This document shows positions 25,625-32,000 of a DNA stretch of 32,000 nucleotides, piece by piece. Position numbers and translations under genes: made by a program. Each line of letters starts with the position of its first letter. Within the stretch, counting starts at the first letter, position 1. This DNA comes from Candidatus Electronema halotolerans. GTDB lineage: Bacteria; Desulfobacterota; Desulfobulbia; Desulfobulbales; Desulfobulbaceae. The notes below the pieces were generated by a model that did not search any database, was not told the origin of the DNA, and saw nothing but the letters and a program-made list of their open reading frames with translations. Where the stretch lies: NCBI GenBank assembly GCA_942493095.1, contig OW818675.1, forward strand, positions 2,340,001-2,372,000, given 5' to 3'.

Positions 25625-26801
25625 GCGGCGGAGGGGGCGGCGGCACAGCAGCCTGCGGCGCAGCCTTGCCCATTTTGCCTTTGATCAGGAAGGCCAGAAT
25701 AGCTGCGGCAACTATCAGGCCAATTCCCAGCAGGGGCCGGAAGGTGATCCACGCCACAGCAATGGTGAGCAGAGAGAGCAGCGCGGTGATCAGAAAAGAA
25801 ATAATGCCTGTGCCTGCCCCGACAAGATTGCCAAAGAACGGAACTATATCCGCCAGCACAGAAAGCACCTTGAGCATCATGCTCAGGCCGGCGAACATGA
25901 GGAAAAAGCCGACTGCCCGCAGTATCCAGGTCAGGATTGTATTGTCGTGCTGGGCCTTCTCAAACATGGCCGCAGCGGTCTTGATGCCCTCCTGCAGCAG
26001 TTCAATGCTGCCGCCTGCCTTGCTCTGATAGGCGGTGAAGCTGCTGCCGCTCTGCTCGGCAACCACGCTGATATCTTGCTGCGGCACGATCTCAAATCTG
26101 ATCCGCACGTCGCCGATCTGCGGCGAGGCCGGATTGTCGCCAATATAGAAGCCGCCGTCCTGCCGTTGCGCCCGTCCTGCCAGCTCCTCTGGCAAAGGAG
26201 TCTCGCTGCTGACCGGGAGCGGTTGCGCCCCGCCGATTTTGCCGACTAACGAGGCAGGCAGGTTGAAAGCTCCGAGCGTGACCTTGTCGGCAAGCTGCTC
26301 CGCATTTTGATAGGGCATGGGACCGGGGTTCTCATGGCCAGATGATTTCTTAAAGCTGGACGAGCTTATCGCATGACTTGACCAGACCTTGCTGTACGAA
26401 TAGGTGGTCACGGTTTCCGTGCCGCCGCCGAGTTTCTTTTTCTCCTCGCTCTTCGAGTGCTCTTGCCACTGGTACATTTCGACCTCGCGCCGCAGCTTAA
26501 TGGCATTGGCCGACACACCGAAGACCGGATCCCTGAGTGTGGCCTCCGTGACCGCCCTGCCGCTCAGATGCACCAATTTGCCTTGATTGGCTGGGTCAAC
26601 CCTGTCCGCTGGCACGGAAATCACTATCCCGCTGCCTTCTTTCAGGGTTTTGTAGGTTTTTACTGCCCGGCCCTCGTTCCAGAACAGGAGCACAAAGGCT
26701 CCGAGAAAGAGCAACAGTCCGAAAATGATGCCCTTGAGGGCACCGCCAATGCGGCTGAACCATGATTGCTCAGTGACTTCAGTGTAGCTGTCTTCAGACA
26801 T
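25617..26801 (-). CDS. TMEM43/LUMA-family (DUF1625) membrane protein, longer paralogue
   Basis: 394 aa. AAGGAG SD. LLFWNEGRAVKT, PADRVDPANQGKLVHL, KLRREVEMYQWQE, YSYSKVW, GHENPG, IGDVRIRFEIV, C-terminal TM helices, WITFRPLLG, and a proline-rich tail PPPPPPHV. The stop overlaps the downstream paralogue's start by 8 nt. Confidence 0.85.
   Translation of the reverse strand: MSEDSYTEVTEQSWFSRIGGALKGIIFGLLLFLGAFVLLFWNEGRAVKTYKTLKEGSGIVISVPADRVDPANQGKLVHLSGRAVTEATLRDPVFGVSANAIKLRREVEMYQWQEHSKSEEKKKLGGGTETVTTYSYSKVWSSHAISSSSFKKSSGHENPGPMPYQNAEQLADKVTLGAFNLPASLVGKIGGAQPLPVSSETPLPEELAGRAQRQDGGFYIGDNPASPQIGDVRIRFEIVPQQDISVVAEQSGSSFTAYQSKAGGSIELLQEGIKTAAAMFEKAQHDNTILTWILRAVGFFLMFAGLSMMLKVLSVLADIVPFFGNLVGAGTGIISFLITALLSLLTIAVAWITFRPLLGIGLIVAAAILAFLIKGKMGKAAPQAAVPPPPPPHV
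26109..26195. repeat. Near-identical 87-nt tract shared by the two TMEM43-like genes (copy B)
   Basis: Direct repeat of 25034-25120, offset 1075 bp, with 3 mismatches. Confidence 0.85.
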
Positions 26802-26861
26802 TGCGCATTTCTCCTTGCAGTTGACGGATTATTTTGCCAATACTGCACTCGCAGCTTGGGT

Positions 26862-27557
26862 TCACTTGAGCACCTGTCCCTTTGCATACTTGGCCGGATC
26901 CTTCATCCCTGCCTCAGCAAAACCCTTCAGTCGGAGGAGGCAGGCATCACAGTGACCGCAGGCCAAGCCTTGCACCGGGTCGTAGCAGGAATGGGTCAGG
27001 GAGTAATCCACGCCCAGCTTGGTGCCGACCTCGATGATTTCTTTCTTGCTCAGTTCAATCAGCGGGGCATGGAAGCGGAAGGGACTGCCGGTGCTGCCCG
27101 CCTTGGTGCCGAGATTGGCTGTCTGAGCAAAGGCGGCAAGAAAATCCGGGCGGCAGTCTGGGTAGCCGCTGTAATCAACCGCATTGATGCCGAGGAAGAT
27201 GTCCGCCGCCCCAATCACCTCAGCCCAGGCAACCGCATGAGCAAGAAAAATGAGATTGCGGGCAGGCACATAAGTGATCGGGATGCCCTGGCTGATCTCC
27301 TCGTCTTTGCGGTCTTTCGGCACTGCAAGAGTTGAAGTCAGGGCCGAGCCACCGATTGTCCCCAAATCAAGCCGGAGAATCAGATGCTGGGCCGCCTGCA
27401 TGGTCGTGGCAATGACTGCCGCCCGCTCCAGTTCAACATCCTGCTTCTGGCCATAGCGAAAGCTGAGGCAGTGACACTGAAAACTGCGGCTCCGGGCAAT
27501 GGCCAGCACCGTGCTGGAGTCCAAGCCGCCGCTGAGAAGGACAACTGCTTTTTTCAT
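26862..27557 (-). CDS. queC: 7-cyano-7-deazaguanine synthase
   Basis: 231 aa. MKKAVVLLSGGLDSST PP-loop and a C-terminal Zn-binding cysteine cluster CGHCDAC. Confidence 0.92.
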   Translation of the reverse strand: MKKAVVLLSGGLDSSTVLAIARSRSFQCHCLSFRYGQKQDVELERAAVIATTMQAAQHLILRLDLGTIGGSALTSTLAVPKDRKDEEISQGIPITYVPARNLIFLAHAVAWAEVIGAADIFLGINAVDYSGYPDCRPDFLAAFAQTANLGTKAGSTGSPFRFHAPLIELSKKEIIEVGTKLGVDYSLTHSCYDPVQGLACGHCDACLLRLKGFAEAGMKDPAKYAKGQVLK

Positions 27558-27760
27558 GAGTTTTTGCTGAATTTGCTTCCTCAGTCCGGTTTCGTATTGT
27601 CAGAAGCGCAATTATAGCCTATCATTGAGCGCATCATAGCGCACTTTGCGAAAATATTCACTTGAACTTTGTCCTGTCGGCCAGCCGCAGGGCTGAAATG
27701 CACACAGCCGCCTTGAAGAGGCGGACAAGATATTGACGGCAACATAGGAGAATTTCAAGC

Positions 27761-28981
27761 ATGAAATTAGGCATCAACGGTCTGGGCAGAATCGGCAAGC
27801 TTTCCCTCTGGCACCATGTCTCGCGGCAGCATTTTTCCGAAATCGTGATCAATTTGGGCCGTCAGGTCGGCGGCGGGCTGGAGGACATTGCCGCTGTGAT
27901 GGAAAAGGATTCCACCTACGGCAGGCTCTCTGCCTATCTGCACGGCCACAAAGGCGGCAGGGTGATTGAAAATCTGAACGAGGCCGCAGGCACCATGACA
28001 GTCAACGGCGTGCCGGTGACTGTGCTGCGCGAAGCCCGCAATCCAAAAGATATTCAATGGCAGGAGAACAATGTCCGCCTCGTGGTTGACACCACTGGCG
28101 TGTTCAAGGACCCGACTGCGGATGCGGATGCAAAGAGCGGCTCAGTGCGCGGCCATCTTCAGGCCGGGGCGGAAAAGGTGCTGGTTTCCGCGCCTTTCAA
28201 GATTAAATCCAAAGGCTTGGACATGCCTGAAGATGCGATCACCACGGTGATGGGCATCAATGATGACGACTACCAGTCGGAGCGTCACTCGATCATCTCC
28301 GCCGCCTCCTGCACCACCACCTGTCTGTCCTACATGATCAAGCCGCTGCTCGATCATTTTGGCGCAGACCAGATGCTGACCGCGTCAATGGTCACGGTTC
28401 ATGCCGCCACTGGCAGCCAGAAAGTTCTGGACGCAGTGCCTGCTGCCGGGGCTAAAGACCTGCGCAAGAACCGCTCCATTCTCAACAATATCATCCTGAC
28501 CACCACTGGCGCGGCCAAGGCTCTTGGCTTGGTGATCCCGGAAATGAAAGCCATCGGTTTTATTGCTGAATCAGTCCGCATTCCCACATCCACCGGCTCG
28601 CTGATCATCTTGGTGCTCAATCTTCAGGACGATATGGAGAATCCGGTCAAGCGCGACCTGATCAACAGCATCTACCGTGACTACGCCGCGTCCTCGCAAT
28701 ATCTGCAATACACGGAAGAGCAGAACGTTTCTTCCGATATAGTCGGCACGCCGCAGGCCGCAGCCGTGATTGAGGGCACTGAGACCCATACCCGCACTGC
28801 CTCGCTCAAGGTTCATCTGGATCACCTCAAAGGCTTCAATTTTGTCCCCGGCCAGATACCGGCTGTCTTGGAAGTGCCTGTCACGCAAGCGGTTATTTAT
28901 GGCTGGTACGACAACGAGCTGGGCAGCTACACCAACATGCTCGGCGATATGACGGTTTCTGTGGCCAACCAAATGGTTTAA
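27761..28981 (+). CDS. gap: Glyceraldehyde-3-phosphate dehydrogenase, long (406-aa) form
   Basis: MKLGINGLGRIGK Rossmann start and catalytic ISAASCTTTCL. It heads the gap-pgk-tpiA-secG cluster. It is about 70 aa longer than the classical ~335-aa enzymes. Confidence 0.85.
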   Translation: MKLGINGLGRIGKLSLWHHVSRQHFSEIVINLGRQVGGGLEDIAAVMEKDSTYGRLSAYLHGHKGGRVIENLNEAAGTMTVNGVPVTVLREARNPKDIQWQENNVRLVVDTTGVFKDPTADADAKSGSVRGHLQAGAEKVLVSAPFKIKSKGLDMPEDAITTVMGINDDDYQSERHSIISAASCTTTCLSYMIKPLLDHFGADQMLTASMVTVHAATGSQKVLDAVPAAGAKDLRKNRSILNNIILTTTGAAKALGLVIPEMKAIGFIAESVRIPTSTGSLIILVLNLQDDMENPVKRDLINSIYRDYAASSQYLQYTEEQNVSSDIVGTPQAAAVIEGTETHTRTASLKVHLDHLKGFNFVPGQIPAVLEVPVTQAVIYGWYDNELGSYTNMLGDMTVSVANQMV

Positions 28982-28992
28982 GGAGGCGCATC

Positions 28993-30168
28993 ATGAAGAC
29001 AATCCGTGATCTTGAGCTGCATGGCAAACGGGTGCTGATCCGGGTGGATTTCAACGCGCCCATGAACGAGCAGGGCGAAATCACCGATGATCTGCGCATC
29101 CGCACTGTCCTGCCGACCTTGCAATATGCCTTGGAGCAGGGCGCAAAAGTGATTCTCGCCTCGCATTGCGGGCGGCCCAAAGGCAAGCGGGTGGAGAAAT
29201 ACTCGCTCGCGCCGGTGGCCAAGCGGCTGGCCGAGCTTGCAGGCAAGGAAGTCAAGCTCTCTGCTGATTGCGTCGGGCCAGAGGCGGAACAGGATGTTGC
29301 CGCTCTGAACAGCGGCCAAGTCCTGCTGCTCGAAAATCTCCGCTTTTACGCTGGCGAGGAAGCCAATGACCCGGAGTTCTCGAAAAAACTGGCTGCGCTG
29401 GCAGATGTCTATATCAATGATGCCTTTGCGGTCTCGCACCGGGCGCATGCTTCGGTTGCCGGAGTGACTGAGCATGTTGCTGAGAAAGCTGCGGGTTTGC
29501 TTTTGCACAAGGAGTTGGATTATTTCCACCGGGCCATTGACACGCCGCAGCGGCCATTGGTCGCCATTGTCGGCGGGGCCAAGGTCTCCAGCAAGCTCCA
29601 AGCTCTGAACCGGATGCTGGACAAGGTCGATAAAATGCTGATCGGCGGGGCAATGGCCAACACCTTCCTGAAGAGCCAAGGCGTTGCGGTTGGGGCTTCC
29701 AAGGTCGAGGACGACCTGCTGGACAGTGCCCGCCAAGTTTTGGCTGATGCCAAGGCTAAGGGGGTCAAAGTCTATTTGCCCGTGGATGTAATTGCCGCTG
29801 ACCGGTTTGCGCCGGATGCAGTCTGCAAGCAGGTGACAGTGCAGGATATCCCGGACGGCTGGATGGCGTTGGACATTGGCCCGGCTTCGGTGATTTGTTT
29901 TTCAGAAGTGCTGGCCGATGCCAAGACCATAGTTTGGAATGGCCCGATGGGTGCTTTTGAAATAGATGCCTTTGCACGCGGAACAATGGCTCTGGCTCAT
30001 GCTGTGGCCTCGGCCCACGCCCTGAGCATCACTGGCGGCGGTGATTCCAACGCGGCAGTGACGCAGTCCGGCGAGGCGGCCAATATTTCTTATATGTCCA
30101 CCGGCGGCGGTGCCTTCTTGGAGCTGATGGAAGGCAAGGTGCTGCCGGGCGTGGCGGCTTTGGAGTGA
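28993..30168 (+). CDS. pgk: Phosphoglycerate kinase
   Basis: 391 aa. GKRVLIRVDFNAPM, ILASHCGRPKG, and the C-terminal STGGGAFLE motif. Confidence 0.95.
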   Translation: MKTIRDLELHGKRVLIRVDFNAPMNEQGEITDDLRIRTVLPTLQYALEQGAKVILASHCGRPKGKRVEKYSLAPVAKRLAELAGKEVKLSADCVGPEAEQDVAALNSGQVLLLENLRFYAGEEANDPEFSKKLAALADVYINDAFAVSHRAHASVAGVTEHVAEKAAGLLLHKELDYFHRAIDTPQRPLVAIVGGAKVSSKLQALNRMLDKVDKMLIGGAMANTFLKSQGVAVGASKVEDDLLDSARQVLADAKAKGVKVYLPVDVIAADRFAPDAVCKQVTVQDIPDGWMALDIGPASVICFSEVLADAKTIVWNGPMGAFEIDAFARGTMALAHAVASAHALSITGGGDSNAAVTQSGEAANISYMSTGGGAFLELMEGKVLPGVAALE

Positions 30169-30416
30169 TGATATTTATCTGGGGGCAACTTTCTTCGTTA
30201 CCCCCGGTGTTCTTTTTTGCTCTCCGATAATTTCCGGGGTTGTAATTCCAGTGCTTTTGGTGCTGCTCTGATGCCGAATGCAAATTTTGGCTTTCTCCTG
30301 TAGGGTTGGCAAGCAATTATGGCATGCCTCCTCATGACATACGGCAGATCGAACGACTCGTTTTTGAACATCGGGAGCTTTTGATCAAAAAATACAATGA
30401 ATACCATAACAGATGA
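30168..30416 (+). pseudogene. Decayed DUF4160-family gene with two in-frame TAA stops
   Basis: A single frame from the ATG at 30168 (which overlaps the pgk stop) reads MIFIWGQLSSLPPVFFFALR*FPGL*FQCFWCCSDAECKFWLSPVGLASNYGMPPHDIRQIERLVFEHRELLIKKYNEYHNR*. The second half matches my recollection of the DUF4160 pattern (EAKFWL.PV.LA.N.G...EL..IE.LV.E....L...W). The region where the PPH.H motif is expected is destroyed. The stops are at 30228 and 30243. Confidence 0.55.
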
Positions 30417-30669
30417 AATTGTTCCAGCAGCCTTGAGAGCTTGGGCGGAACGCAGGATGATTTATATTGAGCTGACCGATGGGCGAATAATAGGTTTTCC
30501 TGCCGATAGGTTCCGAATCCTCAGTAAGGCTTCTGACGCTGCCTTGCATGAAGTGCAGGTTCAAGTTGGAGGATATGCTTTGCGCTGGGAAAATCTTGAT
30601 GAAGACATAACCGTTCCCGGCATACTCTCTGGAAGGTTTCAACTACCGCTGCCCAGCGCAGCAGCCTGA
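30397..30669 (+). CDS. DUF2442 domain protein
   Basis: 90 aa. IYIELTDGRIIGFPADRFRILSKAS...GGYALRWENLDEDITVPGIL is the typical DUF2442 signature. The start overlaps the end of the DUF4160 remnant by 20 nt, as in intact DUF4160/DUF2442 pairs. Confidence 0.8.
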   Translation: MNTITDEIVPAALRAWAERRMIYIELTDGRIIGFPADRFRILSKASDAALHEVQVQVGGYALRWENLDEDITVPGILSGRFQLPLPSAAA

Positions 30670-30715
30670 TAGTAACGTAACCCATTCGCCATTGAGCAGT
30701 TTTTTCGGAGGAAAT

Positions 30716-31471
30716 ATGACCAGAACACCACTCATCGCAGGCAATTGGAAAATGCACCTCACCCGCGCTGAGGCAGTCACGCTGGCTTCGGCAGTGGCTG
30801 CGGCCAGTCAAGGGCTGACCGACCGCGAGGTGATGATTGCTCCGCCATTCACCGCCTTGGCTGCGGTCAAGGACGCTGTGGTCGGTTCGCCGGTCAAGGT
30901 CGCGGCCCAGAACGTGGGCTGGGAAAAAGAAGGAGCCTTCACCGGTGAAGTCTCGCCGCCCATGCTCTTGGATGTTGGCGCGGAAATGGTCATCATCGGC
31001 CATTCCGAGCGGCGGCATGTGTTTGGCGAAGACAATGCGATGATCAACCGGCGGCTGCGGGCAGCCTTGCAGTTCGGCCTGACTCCCATTCTCTGCGTCG
31101 GCGAAACCTTGACTGAGCGCGAGGCGGACAGCACCTTCAAAGTGATTGATGAACAGCTTGCACAGGGCTTGGCTCAAGTGACAGCGGCAGAGATGGGCAA
31201 AGTGGTTGTCGCCTACGAGCCGGTTTGGGCCATTGGCACCGGCAAAACCGCCAGCAATGAGCAGGCTCAGGAGGTTCATGCCTTCATCCGTGAACTTCTG
31301 ACCCGATTCTATGAAAAAATACTTGCCGACCGCATCAGAATACTGTATGGTGGCTCGGTCAAGCCTGACAATGTTGACAGCCTGATGGCCCAGCCGGATA
31401 TCGACGGGGTTCTGGTGGGCGGCGCGTCACTCAAGGCGGATGCGTTTGAGCGGATTATTCATTTTCGATGA
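30716..31471 (+). CDS. tpiA: Triosephosphate isomerase
   Basis: 251 aa from the ATG at 30716 (GGAGGA SD), chosen over the ORF-track start at 30692. PLIAGNWKMH, IIGHSERR, AYEPVWAIGTG and YGGSVK motifs. Confidence 0.93.
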   Translation: MTRTPLIAGNWKMHLTRAEAVTLASAVAAASQGLTDREVMIAPPFTALAAVKDAVVGSPVKVAAQNVGWEKEGAFTGEVSPPMLLDVGAEMVIIGHSERRHVFGEDNAMINRRLRAALQFGLTPILCVGETLTEREADSTFKVIDEQLAQGLAQVTAAEMGKVVVAYEPVWAIGTGKTASNEQAQEVHAFIRELLTRFYEKILADRIRILYGGSVKPDNVDSLMAQPDIDGVLVGGASLKADAFERIIHFR

Positions 31472-32000
31472 CAACACTGCTGATTATAATTCACATTCTG
31501 GTCTGTCTCTTTCTGATAGCAATTGTCCTGCTTCAGCATGGCAAAGGGGCTGATATTGGGGCCACCTTTGGCGGCTCAAGCCAGTCGCTCTTCGGAAGCG
31601 AAGGGCCGGTGCCGCTGCTCAACAAGATCACCACGTTTTCCGCAATTGTCTTCATGGGCACTTCGGTGACGCTGGCTTATCTTTCCGCGCATAAAAGCGG
31701 CGGCTCGGTCATGACTGACATGCCTGCGAAAGAGGTTGCCGCCCCAGTGCAAAAACAAGAGCCGGTGACCATTCCCATGCCGACAACGGAACAGCCGCCT
31801 GCGGCAGCTCCTGCGACTGAGGAAAAGGCCCCTGAACCTGCTGCGGCGCAGCAAGAACAACAGGTTGAGGCAGTGCCCGCTGAAACGGACACTTCTGCTT
31901 CAGCAGCGCAGGAAGAACAGGCTCAGGCTGAACCTGAACAGCCAGTTGAAGAAGCGGCTCAGGCTGAATCAACACCGGAGACATCTGCTGTCCAGCAAAC
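31468..32000 (+). CDS. secG: Preprotein translocase subunit SecG with a long low-complexity C-terminal extension (3' end outside window)
   Basis: This ORF is absent from the ORF track because it has no stop in the window. The ATG at 31468 overlaps the tpiA stop (ATGA). The translation is MTTLLIIIHILVCLFLIAIVLLQHGKGADIGATFGGSSQSLFGSEGPVPLLNKITTFSAIVFMGTSVTLAYL. At least 95 further residues follow, rich in P/A/E/Q. Confidence 0.85.
   Translation, partial: MTTLLIIIHILVCLFLIAIVLLQHGKGADIGATFGGSSQSLFGSEGPVPLLNKITTFSAIVFMGTSVTLAYLSAHKSGGSVMTDMPAKEVAAPVQKQEPVTIPMPTTEQPPAAAPATEEKAPEPAAAQQEQQVEAVPAETDTSASAAQEEQAQAEPEQPVEEAAQAESTPETSAVQQ

Noticed and set aside
27558-27660. Possible preQ1 riboswitch in the queC 5' leader (minus strand)
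   Set aside because: A perfect TATAAT exists (plus-strand 27611-27616 reads ATTATA). The leader ends in CAAAAACUC-AUG after a 4-bp hairpin CUGA..UCAG, which vaguely recalls the A-rich tail of preQ1-I. However, the stem is too short and the conserved loop/CCC and CUA pseudoknot elements I remember are absent. The -35 is also poor (CTATGA).
1-32000. CRISPR arrays, tRNA/rRNA genes and large non-coding tandem repeats
   Set aside because: I inspected all spacers longer than about 100 nt (14945-15246, 20545-20707, 22396-22647, 27558-27760, 30169-30396, 7604-7739). I found no regularly spaced direct repeats and no cloverleaf-like or rRNA-like sequence. A covariance-model scan would still be needed to be definitive.

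Overview
GC-rich chromosomal segment from a Gram-negative-type bacterium (lipobox lipoproteins, DksA, SecG; taxon cannot be determined from sequence alone). Most of the window is tightly packed housekeeping genes: dnaJ (3' part), moaC, dksA-like, GalT-family HIT enzyme, CheY-like receiver, sppA, proS, ddl, purF, ferredoxin, nadA, tRNA m6A-methyltransferase-like, queC, gap-pgk-tpiA-secG. This backbone is interrupted by several blocks that look AT-richer by eye (composition was not computed). (1) 5.7-8.6 kb holds a Sec-secreted repeat/Ig-like protein next to a membrane-anchored C39-like cysteine peptidase. (2) 10364-11404 is a 1041-bp IS630-family element with TA flanks, imperfect terminal inverted repeats and an A9 frameshift site. 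It sits exactly at the junction of a glpD-like gene and a small lipoprotein gene. (3) 17.98-20.54 kb is a two-gene methyltransferase plus putative PD-(D/E)xK nuclease module between ddl and purF. (4) 30168-30669 is a decayed DUF4160 gene with an intact DUF2442 partner, inside the glycolytic operon. The least-understood content is a translationally overlapped tandem pair of full-length bacterial TMEM43/LUMA (DUF1625) homologues (24584-26801). A tightly coupled methyltransferase-GT4-FAD G3P dehydrogenase operon (11367-14944) is also of unclear function. I found no rRNA, tRNA or CRISPR array. None of the candidates can be called a new system from sequence alone. All family calls come from motif recognition and need HMM/BLAST confirmation.
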